From positions 608,001-672,000 of the forward strand of contig JAUQPB010000001.1 in assembly GCA_030550585.1 (NCBI GenBank): a stretch of 64,000 nucleotides of DNA. Direction: 5' to 3'. A model generated the notes under the pieces. It saw only the letters and a program-made list of their open reading frames with translations, had not been told where the DNA came from and did not search any database. Below, one piece after another: positions 9,194 to 18,577 of the stretch. This DNA comes from Thermoproteota archaeon. GTDB taxonomy: Archaea; Thermoproteota; Thermoprotei_A; Sulfolobales; Ignisphaeraceae. Numbering within the stretch: the first letter of the stretch is position 1; each line of letters starts with the position of its first letter. The position numbers and the translations under genes were made by a program.

Positions 9194-10103
9194 CTACCCT
9201 CCTCCTCCACCTACTCATTAAAGATAGTCCAATAAAGCTAAGTATAATTGCAACAACTAGAACAACTAATGCCGAGGAATACAAAACAGATTCTGCATAT
9301 CTATACAAGTAAGCATTGCCAAACTGAGAAGCTATTAGAGCAGAGACTGTGTACCCTGGCGAGAATATGCATGAGCCTAGATACATTGAGTTGCCAATTG
9401 TTGTCACAGCTATTGTTGTTTCGCCCAAGGCTCTTGCAAATCCGAGTATAATCGATGCTATTACGGCTGGTTTTGCCAGTGATAACAACACCTTTACTGT
9501 TTCATATCTTGTCGCTCCAATGCCTAGGCAAGCCTCTCTATAGGTGGTTGGGATACTCTCATAAGATTCAAAGATCATTGCAGTAACGTAGGGCGTTATC
9601 GATATTCCTATGGATATTCCTGCGGTAAATATTGTGAAGGCTGTGATTGGTTTGCAGGAGAATATGGGTATGAAGGATAGGTATATACTTAGAGGATCCA
9701 TAACATAGGTCTTCAATATTGGTGCTAGGTACATGGACGCCCACATAGCATAGATGATTGTTGGCACACCACTCATAAGCTCGACAATAGACGATAGAAT
9801 ATCTCTAACCAAATCATGCACATACTCAGCCAATAGAATGGCTAGTGGAACTGAAAATACAAGTGCTGTCACTGTAGCTAGAATAGATGTTGTGATAGAG
9901 CCTACTATCGGTGCTAATAGGCCATATCTGCTATGTTCAGGATCCCATATACTGGATGTGAAGAGACTAAGACCAAAGGCGTTAAAGGCTTCAAAAGATC
10001 TTGAAATAAGGATAAGAATAGCTATGACAAGTATGGCTAGGAGAGATATTGAAAAGGGTGTGAGTGTTAGAAAAAATAGCATGTCTTTTCTACTGGCCTT
10101 CAT
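9186..10103 (-). CDS. pstC: Phosphate ABC transporter permease
   Basis: WDP...YGLLAPIVGS, ELMSGVPTIIY, ARALGET. Confidence 0.92.
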   Translation of the reverse strand: MKASRKDMLFFLTLTPFSISLLAILVIAILILISRSFEAFNAFGLSLFTSSIWDPEHSRYGLLAPIVGSITTSILATVTALVFSVPLAILLAEYVHDLVRDILSSIVELMSGVPTIIYAMWASMYLAPILKTYVMDPLSIYLSFIPIFSCKPITAFTIFTAGISIGISITPYVTAMIFESYESIPTTYREACLGIGATRYETVKVLLSLAKPAVIASIILGFARALGETTIAVTTIGNSMYLGSCIFSPGYTVSALIASQFGNAYLYRYAESVLYSSALVVLVVAIILSFIGLSLMSRWRRRVVV

Positions 10104-10114
10104 AATGCTTTGCC

Positions 10115-11242
10115 CTAAGATGATATCATGTTTGCAGCCTCAATTAAAAGGTTTCTAATGTTTTCAGGTGGTGCAACATACCCTTGTATAACATGTTTAT
10201 ACCCTTCTTCGGCGACCCACATCAGAAACTCCTTTACTGCCAAAGCCTTTGACTGATCCCCATATTTCTTCCAGAGGATTATATGTGTTGGCGCTACTAT
10301 GGGGTAGCTATCCTCGCCAGGAGCATAAACAATTTGATATGCATCTTCGCTAAAGTCGCTGAGTGGTGATTGGGGTAAAACAGCTTTTTCTAGAGAAGCC
10401 ATTATCGATTTGTTAGATGGTGCCACAAAAGCCCCTGCAGCATTCTTTATTGCTGCAATAGGAAGGTTATTCATTATTGCATAGCTCCACTCAACGTATC
10501 CAATGGAATATGGTGTTTGCATAACTATTTGCGTTACCCCTTCGCTACCCTTGCCACCTATACCCCTACCAGTTGATGTAACAGGCCAGTTAACGGTTTT
10601 CCCCACAAGGTCTTTAGACCACGAACCATTGGTTGACTTGTATAGAAATATTGTGAATATCTCTGTTGTTCCACTAGCATCAGTTCTATAGACAGGTATT
10701 ATCTCCTTGTGTGGAAGCTTATCTGCTATATCGGTATTGAGGCTTTTTATCCGTGGGTCGTCCCAGTAAACTATAGACCCTTTATAGATATCTGCTAAAA
10801 CAGATCCATCAAGTTTCAATGTATAGTTGGTAGGAATGCCAGGCACATTATATACTATTGCAACTGCTCCAGCCAGCCAAGGAATCTGTAGGACGCTTCC
10901 ATTATACTTTAGCCACATATCTCTAGATAGAGGCGGATCTGAACAGGCAAAGTCGACCACATTCTGGAAGAACATGCTTAGACCTGCACCACTTCCCACA
11001 GATTGGTAGCTTATCTTTATACCTTTTTGAGAATAGAACAACTGGATCCACTCATTCAGCTGTGGATATACAAGTGTCGAGCCCGCTCCCTGGATTATAA
11101 CATTGTATGTGGTCTGAGGTGTTTGGGTTGTTATTATTGTTTGTGGTGAGGTAGAGGAATACATTATCTTTATGAATAGATATGGTAGAACAACTGCAAC
11201 AATAATCACTATTATGATTGCTACAAAGGTTTTTCTATCCAT
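10115..11242 (-). CDS. pstS: Phosphate ABC transporter substrate-binding protein, N-terminally membrane anchored
   Basis: GAGSTLVYP, YQSVGSGAG, DFACSDPPL, YRTDASGTT, IGYVE; TM helix plus short Thr-rich linker. Confidence 0.95.
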   Translation of the reverse strand: MDRKTFVAIIIVIIVAVVLPYLFIKIMYSSTSPQTIITTQTPQTTYNVIIQGAGSTLVYPQLNEWIQLFYSQKGIKISYQSVGSGAGLSMFFQNVVDFACSDPPLSRDMWLKYNGSVLQIPWLAGAVAIVYNVPGIPTNYTLKLDGSVLADIYKGSIVYWDDPRIKSLNTDIADKLPHKEIIPVYRTDASGTTEIFTIFLYKSTNGSWSKDLVGKTVNWPVTSTGRGIGGKGSEGVTQIVMQTPYSIGYVEWSYAIMNNLPIAAIKNAAGAFVAPSNKSIMASLEKAVLPQSPLSDFSEDAYQIVYAPGEDSYPIVAPTHIILWKKYGDQSKALAVKEFLMWVAEEGYKHVIQGYVAPPENIRNLLIEAANMISS

Positions 11243-11394
11243 CTTTTACGCCAGGGTCTATATTTGAAGATAAAAGTATATAAATCTTGCTAATGAATGT
11301 TTATAGAACATAAGTATAGCATTATAAGTATGTTATTGAATATGTATAAAAAATTCGCAGGTTTAAAGAAACGCATACACAGATTTGCATCTAG

Positions 11395-13416
11395 TTATTT
11401 AATAGCTTTTTTCTTCTGCACAATCTTTATGTTAGTGATTCTAATACTCTTTAAAGGCTGTGTATAACTACCATTATCAGAGCCTCTTTTAGTGCATGTA
11501 ACCATATTTGCTTTTCTATGCCACGGAATGGCTACAACCCCCCTAGGAACCTTATCGTTGGTTTTTGCATAGAATATCTCTTTGCCACACTCTGTCTCGA
11601 TTTCTATTACATCTCCATCGTCTATTCCAATAGCTTTGGCGTCAAATCTATTTATTATAGCAATATCAATGTTTTTATCTATACATAGGGATGTGTTGTA
11701 GCACAAACTCGATCTATATGTTGTTAATATGAGGTATTCTCTCTTGTCATCTTCCTCTTTGTCTGTAATCCTCGAGAAAATTGCTTTGCCCAGAGGAGTT
11801 TCAAATCTATTTTGATACAACCTAGAGGTACATTCTCCATTTTCGCAAGGCCATATAACTCCATTTTCATTTTCTTTCAGTTTCTGCGGTGTAATACCTC
11901 TATATATGGGTACCACACTACTTATTTCAATAGTTATATCCTCTACTGATCCATATTCTCTCCAGCTATCTAATCCAATCATTCTGCCTAGCTGCTCAAC
12001 TATAACCCAGTCTGGCAGCACCTTTCCCGGAGGATCTAATATCTTGTATGACCATTGAACTCTTCTCTCCGAGTTTGTGTAGGAACCTTCCTTTTCTAAA
12101 CGAGTTGCTACAGGTAGTACATAGTCGGCGTATTGTGTGGTCTCACTCCATCTTATCTCATGAACAACCACAAGCTCGATGTTTTGAAGAGCTTTCCTAA
12201 CCATTGTCGAGTTTGGGTGGCTTAGAACAGGATTTTCACCAATTATGAATAGAGCCCTTATATCTCCTTTCAAAGCTTTTTCAAAAATCTCGATGCTTGT
12301 ATATCCCGGTTCACTTGGAATGTTATCGATGTTCCATGCATCTTGGAATAGCCTTTTCTTGTACTCATCATCAACTCTTACATAGCCTGGAAGGTAATTT
12401 GGTAGTGCACCCATATCGCAAGCTCCCTGGACATTGCTCTGACCCCTTACCGGGTACAATCCGCAACCTCTTCTACCAATATAGCCTAGAAGCAAAGCCA
12501 GATTAACTATAGCTGAGACGTTGTTCTTGGCTGTCACATGTTGTGTTATACCCATTCCCCATAGTATAGAGCCGCAACCAGCCGAAGCAAACTCTCTTGC
12601 CACCTCCTCAACCAGGCTACTTTCAACACCAAGCTCCCTACATTTCGATATGTCATAACGTTTTGCAATTTGATAGAACCCCTCGAAACCTTCTGTCATT
12701 TGATGAACGAATCTCTTGTTGTATAATCCGCTAGAGATTATTATGTTTGCCATGCAGAGAAGAAGCTTGTAGTCCTCTCCAGGTCTACCTATCTGAATAA
12801 ATATATCAGCTAGTTCAGCCGTTTCGCTTCTCCTAACATCGATTACGATTATCTTGGCGCCCCTCTTCTTAGCCTCTAAAATCAAGGCTGCTAGAGGAGG
12901 ATGTGTAGCAACAGGATTATAGCCAATTATCAGAATAGCTTTTGAATACAATAGATCTGAAAAAGGGTTTGTCTGAGCTCCAAACCCAAGCGATTTGGCA
13001 AGGACATCAACACTTATTGCATGGCATAGCCTTGCACAATTATCTATATTATTGCTTCCAAGAAACCTAGCAAGCTTCTGAATCAAATAATTCTCCTCGT
13101 TAGAGCATTGTGAGCATCCTATAAAAGCTATGGAGGAGCCCCCATATACCTTGACAATCTTTCTCAGCTCTGTAGCTATATCATTTAAGACACTGTTCCA
13201 TGTAGCTTCTGAAAAGATATCGCCTCTTCTAACATATGGATATAGAACCCTATTGGATGGAGAGGTAAGATTCGTTATCAAAGAGCCTTTGAAGCATCCA
13301 TAGCCATACGCAGAACCATTTTCTTTATTTATGTAAATACTGCAACCATATCCGCAAAAAGGGCAAACAATTCTTGAAGCCAATCTAGATCGCACCAATG
13401 AAAAATATGTTAACAA
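11395..13416 (-). CDS. fdhF: Molybdopterin oxidoreductase, formate dehydrogenase alpha (FdhF)-like, Cys-type
   Basis: CPFCGYGC-X15-CFKG Fe-S motif, NEENYLIQKLAR, DNCARLCH (Cys ligand + His), GMGITQH, RGQSNVQGACDMG, EKEGSYTNSERRVQ. Confidence 0.8.
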   Translation of the reverse strand: MLTYFSLVRSRLASRIVCPFCGYGCSIYINKENGSAYGYGCFKGSLITNLTSPSNRVLYPYVRRGDIFSEATWNSVLNDIATELRKIVKVYGGSSIAFIGCSQCSNEENYLIQKLARFLGSNNIDNCARLCHAISVDVLAKSLGFGAQTNPFSDLLYSKAILIIGYNPVATHPPLAALILEAKKRGAKIIVIDVRRSETAELADIFIQIGRPGEDYKLLLCMANIIISSGLYNKRFVHQMTEGFEGFYQIAKRYDISKCRELGVESSLVEEVAREFASAGCGSILWGMGITQHVTAKNNVSAIVNLALLLGYIGRRGCGLYPVRGQSNVQGACDMGALPNYLPGYVRVDDEYKKRLFQDAWNIDNIPSEPGYTSIEIFEKALKGDIRALFIIGENPVLSHPNSTMVRKALQNIELVVVHEIRWSETTQYADYVLPVATRLEKEGSYTNSERRVQWSYKILDPPGKVLPDWVIVEQLGRMIGLDSWREYGSVEDITIEISSVVPIYRGITPQKLKENENGVIWPCENGECTSRLYQNRFETPLGKAIFSRITDKEEDDKREYLILTTYRSSLCYNTSLCIDKNIDIAIINRFDAKAIGIDDGDVIEIETECGKEIFYAKTNDKVPRGVVAIPWHRKANMVTCTKRGSDNGSYTQPLKSIRITNIKIVQKKKAIK

Positions 13417-13522
13417 ATCCCAATTTAAGCAACGTATTTACATAAATTATGTAATGAGGCGATTATAATAAAGCAATTTAAGTATTGCAACCACACAAAC
13501 CCTTCTAGAGTAAGGCAAATCC

Positions 13523-13575
13523 ATGATGACCCCTTCATGCTCTGAACTCCACATGATGTGTGCTGGGATATCTGA
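13523..13575 (+). ncRNA. Box C/D methylation-guide sRNA
   Basis: C ATGATGA, 12-nt guide CCCCTTCATGCT, D' CTGA, C' ATGATGT, 12-nt guide GTGCTGGGATAT, D CTGA; canonical archaeal spacing. Confidence 0.85.
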
Positions 13576-14288
13576 TGAATTTTCGTAAGCAACTAAGAAG
13601 GGATATAAGAGATCTCATAACCAACATCATTTCATATAATGCTATAGGTGTTGGCTATAGTTTTTGGAGGCAGAGACCATGGGCCATAGCAACCATTGCT
13701 AAGGGGAAAGCTGTTCTGGATCTTGGCTCAGGCCCTTGCATAAACGGTGTAGCAACGGCTCTTAGAAATGGCGGATATGTAGTCTGTCTCGACATTTCAA
13801 AGACGATGGCTAGCATGGCTAGATATACCCTCAAGAAGTTCAATGTGCTTGGCGACGCTGTGATAGCCGATGCTTTGAAAACACCTTTTAGAAGCAACTC
13901 TTTCGATGCTATCCTCGCTATTGCTGTTGTTCACCATATTCCAAAATCTCTTTTGCCCATATTATTTTCAGAGGCTAGGAGAATTCTAAAGGTGTTGGGC
14001 ATTTTTGTTGTGACTGTGTGGTCTTGGAGACATAGAAGATTCATTTTGAAAACCTTTCTTAACATCTTTTTCACATTACTTGGCTTGCTAGGATATTTGA
14101 GAAGATATGTGATTTTTTGGAAAAGCAGAAGAGGATATTTCAAAAGGGTCTACTACCTGTACGACCTGAAGGAGCTTATCGAAGCTGTAAAAAGTTCGAA
14201 GATGGTGGTCGCTTCGAGTGGGTATACATGGTATATTAGGCAAGATAATCGAAATGTCTATGTAGCGGCGCTAAAGAGCAGAGCTTGA
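13575..14288 (+). CDS. Class I SAM-dependent methyltransferase, Trm9/ALKBH8-like (likely start ATG 13575; ORF track starts 13560)
   Basis: VLDLGSG, ADALKTPFRSNSFDAILAIAVVHHI, VTVWS and RVYYLYDLKEL, which resembles the Trm9 RYYHxF...EL motif; convergent with elp3. Confidence 0.7.
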   Translation: MNFRKQLRRDIRDLITNIISYNAIGVGYSFWRQRPWAIATIAKGKAVLDLGSGPCINGVATALRNGGYVVCLDISKTMASMARYTLKKFNVLGDAVIADALKTPFRSNSFDAILAIAVVHHIPKSLLPILFSEARRILKVLGIFVVTVWSWRHRRFILKTFLNIFFTLLGLLGYLRRYVIFWKSRRGYFKRVYYLYDLKELIEAVKSSKMVVASSGYTWYIRQDNRNVYVAALKSRA

Positions 14289-14291
14289 CAA

Positions 14292-15743
14292 TTATCTAAG
14301 TTCTTTGGCCATATATGGAGAGCCAGAAGGTCTTCTATACCCATGCTTTCTGTAATACTCTCTCGCGCCAACGCCTGAAAGCACAAGGATTTTTCTACAG
14401 CTAAACTCGTATTTAGCAATCTCCTCAGCTGTTGCAAGGAGTTTCGAGCCCCAGCCACGATGTTGCCAACCATCTTCATTGCGGTCTCCAATCGGTATCT
14501 GAGGGCCATACACATGCAATTCTCTTACAATTGCTGTTGAAGAGTCTATCTCTGGCCTGTGTGCCTTGGCTGATGGTATTCTAAGCCTGAGCAAGCCGAC
14601 CAGCACATTGTTTTCAACATCCTCTGCGGCCAAGAATACCTCTGTTCCTTGGCTAGCCTCATAAACCTCCTTGGTTATCTCTATTCTTGATGGCCTTACA
14701 CCTCTGAACATCTCCTGTCTTCCAACCTCTCTAAACCTAATCTCATTTATCTTTATACCCTTCTCAAGAGCCCTCTTCTCAACAAGCTCTCTCAGATTAG
14801 CCTTCTTGGGTCCCGCCAATATTATCGGTGCTGGAATGTCTCTCTGGATCCTCATAACCCTTACCCACTTTGGTATAAATCTGTAGAACTCTGAGATGAG
14901 CTCAACAGCCTCTTCATCCGTCAACGCCTTGTAGAGACCATTTCTCCACATTTCATAAAGCTTAGTCCCCTCGATGACCAGCGTTGGATATATCTTAAGC
15001 ATGTCCGGTCTAAAGTCAGGATTCTCAAAAATCTCTTTAACCATTTCAATATCCCTATCCCTATCTGAACCCGGGAGACCAGGCATAATATGGTACACAA
15101 CCTTGAATCCAGAATCCTTCAGTACTCTGGTAGCTTCTACAACATCTTTCACAGTATGACCTCTATTAACCTTTTGAAGAACATCGTCATAGATGCTCTG
15201 AACACCTATCTCAACCTTTGTAGCCCCTAGATACAGCATCCAATCAGCATCTCTCTCCTTTGCCCAGTCAGGTCTTGTCTCAAGGGTAAGGCCAACAATT
15301 CTGATAGAGGCTGTCTCATTTTTCTCGTGGGCCTCTTCAAGACTCGGCATACTCTCGGGTTTTGGCTCTGGAAACCTATTGACAGCCTCGAAAATGTTTG
15401 TAATGAACCACAGCTGGTAGTCTCTAGGCAGAGCAGTGAATGTGCCGCCCATAACAACGACCTCTACTTTGCTTGGCGCATGACCCATGCCAACATATTG
15501 TCTTAGCCTAAGCCTAACCTGCTCATAGGGGTCGAAACCAACGTGAATAGCTCTCATCAGAGCTGGTTCATTGCCTATATAGCTCTGTGGAGTTCCATAC
15601 TCTACACCGCCGGGGCAGTAAATACATTTTCCATGTGGACATGGAAAAGGCTTTGTCATCACAGCTACTATAGTCACGCCAGAAAGGGTTCTGGTAGGCC
15701 TTATAACACGCTCTCTAATCTTCAGCGCCATGCACATTCTCAA
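14292..15743 (-). CDS. elp3: tRNA uridine(34) acetyltransferase Elp3 (radical SAM + KAT)
   Basis: CPHGKCIYCPGG, TPQSYxGxEPA, ETRPD, LKIYPTLV, RELHVYG, QHRGWG, GAREYY. Confidence 0.97.
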   Translation of the reverse strand: MRMCMALKIRERVIRPTRTLSGVTIVAVMTKPFPCPHGKCIYCPGGVEYGTPQSYIGNEPALMRAIHVGFDPYEQVRLRLRQYVGMGHAPSKVEVVVMGGTFTALPRDYQLWFITNIFEAVNRFPEPKPESMPSLEEAHEKNETASIRIVGLTLETRPDWAKERDADWMLYLGATKVEIGVQSIYDDVLQKVNRGHTVKDVVEATRVLKDSGFKVVYHIMPGLPGSDRDRDIEMVKEIFENPDFRPDMLKIYPTLVIEGTKLYEMWRNGLYKALTDEEAVELISEFYRFIPKWVRVMRIQRDIPAPIILAGPKKANLRELVEKRALEKGIKINEIRFREVGRQEMFRGVRPSRIEITKEVYEASQGTEVFLAAEDVENNVLVGLLRLRIPSAKAHRPEIDSSTAIVRELHVYGPQIPIGDRNEDGWQHRGWGSKLLATAEEIAKYEFSCRKILVLSGVGAREYYRKHGYRRPSGSPYMAKELR

Positions 15744-15857
15744 AATGTTTTATATAATTAATGTTTAAAAATTATTTTGATTAACCGTCGGCAATAAAAG
15801 TCAAATTTAGCCCAAGTGGATGTAAATTGTTTGTGCCATTTACACTATTTTCTATAT

Positions 15858-16838
15858 TCAACTGGTTATATTTGATACATAGTCTAGAGAGTAGCTTATT
15901 CTAATGGCCTTGCTAAGCTCGTCTATTGCCATCCAGTCCTCGAAGCTTAGCCTCCAGCCAACAGATCCAACAAGATCAGCTACCTGTTCCGGGCTTTTAG
16001 CTCCTGGTATTGGAACTACAACAGGGCTTGACATTATAAGCCAGTTTAACGCTACTTGTATTGGTGTCTTGCCATATTTGTCCCCAATCTTCTTGATTAG
16101 CTGTACCAGCGTCCATACCTTTTCGAAGTTCTGTGGATGGAACACAGCCTCTCTTGCTCTCACATCTGTGAACTTTGGTAGGTTTTCAGGCGTGTACTTT
16201 CCTGTCAAAGCGCCTTTTGCTATTGGGCTCCACGCTTGTAGTGTTATACTATGTTTTTCTGCATATGGTATTATCTCCTCCTCAGCCCATCTCTCAACCA
16301 AGTTATATCTGTATTGAAAGATCTCTACATCGACTTTCGACAAATTCGATCTAAAGCTTTCGACAAGCTCTATGGGATAGTTGCTCAGGCCTAGGTACCT
16401 GACCTTGCCCATGTGGACAAGCTTCTCTAGGTACTTTACATACATTCTAGTTGGATAGTTATGCCAGACAGGTGGCCAGTGAACCAACAAGCCATCTATG
16501 TATCCAAGACCCAGAATCTTTATTGAGTGGTCAACAGCTTTAAACACATCCTCAGGATTTAGAAACTCTGGCATTATCTTTGTTGTGACAATAACCTCAT
16601 CTCTCTTAACACCAATCTCTCTCAGCGCTCTCCCCAAAATGTTTTCGCTTAGACCAAGCCCATATGCCATGGCCGTGTCAAAGAAGTTTACACCAAGTTC
16701 AACAGCCTTGGCAACAACACTCTTAGCCTTTTCGTATTCCGTCAAACCCCAGGCCTCGCTAAACTGCCACGCACCTAAACCAATTCTTGAAATCTTTTCC
16801 TTTGTCTTTCCAAGGGTTGTATACTCCAAACCACTCAC
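15858..16838 (-). CDS. Aldo/keto reductase
   Basis: IGLGAWQF, FDTAMAYG, LVHWP, LGLSNY, AWSPIAKG, PIPGAKS. Confidence 0.95.
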   Translation of the reverse strand: MSGLEYTTLGKTKEKISRIGLGAWQFSEAWGLTEYEKAKSVVAKAVELGVNFFDTAMAYGLGLSENILGRALREIGVKRDEVIVTTKIMPEFLNPEDVFKAVDHSIKILGLGYIDGLLVHWPPVWHNYPTRMYVKYLEKLVHMGKVRYLGLSNYPIELVESFRSNLSKVDVEIFQYRYNLVERWAEEEIIPYAEKHSITLQAWSPIAKGALTGKYTPENLPKFTDVRAREAVFHPQNFEKVWTLVQLIKKIGDKYGKTPIQVALNWLIMSSPVVVPIPGAKSPEQVADLVGSVGWRLSFEDWMAIDELSKAIRISYSLDYVSNITS

Positions 16839-16912
16839 CTATACAACCAAGGTTTTACCACATTTTCAAACTTAAAGTTTTTGTATATGAAAATGTGCAT
16901 TCTATCAGTTTG

Positions 16913-17641
16913 CTAAAGCTCTTCTAAAACCTCTATAATCTGGGGGAACTCGCCTATTAATGCAAGTCCAAGATCCTTTAAGACCAGTTTGTTTCTCCCC
17001 CTCCTCCTGTCTATGTGTATAGCCTTCATACCAGCAGATAATGCACCTCCAACATCTTCGATAACACTATCTCCTACATGGGCTATTCTCTTAGGCTCTT
17101 CGCCAATTTTCTTTGCAAAAATGAAGAATATTTTCCTATCTGGCTTGTTTATCCTCGTCTCATCGGAGAAGATGAGAACTTCAAACATGTTGTATATGCC
17201 AAGCCTCTTGAGAATATCTATTGTGTATATGCTACTCCAGAAAACTGTGTTGCCCACTATTCCAAGCTTGAATCCAAGTCTGTGCAAAAGCTCTAGAGTA
17301 TCTACAACATCTCCAAACACAATGTCTTTTGGATCTGCAGATGCAAATGCATCTGAAATAGCCTGTAAAACCTTGTTTGTTTCAATACCAAGTCTTTCAG
17401 CAAGCATATTCTGAGACTCAACAACTATGTCAAAGCCGTCTACCTCCCCCAGCCTTCTCCTCAATTTACATCTATCATAAACAACTCTGATGGTCTCCAG
17501 AACCTTTGCAACATCTGTATTTGGAAGATGGATAGAAAGCTTTGAGGCAATAAGGCTAAACACCTTGTTTATATCTAACATAGTGTCCCAGACATCAAAT
17601 GATATTGCATGTACCGAAACCATTTTTGTGGCCCTGAACAC
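16913..17641 (-). CDS. HAD-superfamily hydrolase (subfamily IA)
   Basis: FDVWDTML, GNT, KPD, HVGDSVIEDVGGA. Confidence 0.9.
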   Translation of the reverse strand: MFRATKMVSVHAISFDVWDTMLDINKVFSLIASKLSIHLPNTDVAKVLETIRVVYDRCKLRRRLGEVDGFDIVVESQNMLAERLGIETNKVLQAISDAFASADPKDIVFGDVVDTLELLHRLGFKLGIVGNTVFWSSIYTIDILKRLGIYNMFEVLIFSDETRINKPDRKIFFIFAKKIGEEPKRIAHVGDSVIEDVGGALSAGMKAIHIDRRRGRNKLVLKDLGLALIGEFPQIIEVLEEL

Positions 17642-17671
17642 CGTTTTTGCTACTCAGCTTTTTGAGCAAGT

Positions 17672-18577
17672 CTATATAAATGTGCATACAAGTGAGAATA
17701 TTAGTGATGTTACGAGTATTGCTATAGCTGAGTATTTTAAGAATGGTATGGTCTCTCCATAAACCATTCTGCTGATAGCTATAGAAGATATGATTGCTAT
17801 GAAAATTGCCGAGATGTAGTAGAGTGATAGTATGTAGTATATGTCTATCGAAGCTCTAGCAAAAGGTGTTGCAAAAGCTGCTTTAGCTATATATGAAAGT
17901 AGCACTACCGTTATTATACTCCCCATCACATATGCGAAGATTGTTAGGTATAGAAGTGATTTATAGCCCTCTAGCCTCGTTTTCCTCAAGTCATCCAGTC
18001 TCGACAACTGGAAAGAGAACCTCTCGGCAATTGATAGAACCTCTGCAACCCTACCACCACTTACAAAACCCACTGGCAGGCAGGAGAGAACAGCCTTTAC
18101 CTCTCTGGGAGCATTACCGAAAACAGTTTCAAATGCTTTAAACGGGTCAAAACCAAGCTGAATAAGCTTAGCAAACCTAATTGCATAGTCTTGAAGGGGC
18201 TTGCCAATGGCATTAGACGAAAGCTCTACCGCTTTGGACATGGGAACGCCTGCCCTGACATACGATGATAACACAGCTATGAAATCCTGTGTCTGCCTGC
18301 GCAGCATTTTTCTAGTCTCTACATCTTCTTTGAAAAGTAGGTATATGGAGAGCATGGTAAACGATATTATGCAGCCTACTGTGGTGTATGAGTCTGAGGA
18401 GAGGAGAACAGGTATAGGTATATAATAGAATCTCACCTTTATATACAGGCCTTCGACACCTCTAAAGATGTTGAAGCCCATCAACCTTGTGATTGTAGGC
18501 AATACTATTAGCGACAGTATAGGCCCTAGTAATGCAATAGCTACCGAGAGTGCTAGAGCTCTTGGCCCCCTTCTCAA
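17672..18577 (-). CDS. Type IV pilus membrane platform protein (TadC/T2SS-F family)
   Basis: DFIAVLSSYVRAGVPMSKA, helical cytoplasmic domain and several TM helices; co-transcribed with the secretion ATPase. Confidence 0.8.
   Translation of the reverse strand: MRRGPRALALSVAIALLGPILSLIVLPTITRLMGFNIFRGVEGLYIKVRFYYIPIPVLLSSDSYTTVGCIISFTMLSIYLLFKEDVETRKMLRRQTQDFIAVLSSYVRAGVPMSKAVELSSNAIGKPLQDYAIRFAKLIQLGFDPFKAFETVFGNAPREVKAVLSCLPVGFVSGGRVAEVLSIAERFSFQLSRLDDLRKTRLEGYKSLLYLTIFAYVMGSIITVVLLSYIAKAAFATPFARASIDIYYILSLYYISAIFIAIISSIAISRMVYGETIPFLKYSAIAILVTSLIFSLVCTFI

Noticed and set aside
8586-9221. Long antisense ORFs (this one, and e.g. 18617-19147, 32665-33213, 51804-52340)
   Set aside because: Shadow frames opposite well-supported genes, without motifs of their own.
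11395-13416. Selenocysteine recoding in the FdhF-like gene
   Set aside because: The ligand position is an ordinary Cys in an uninterrupted frame.
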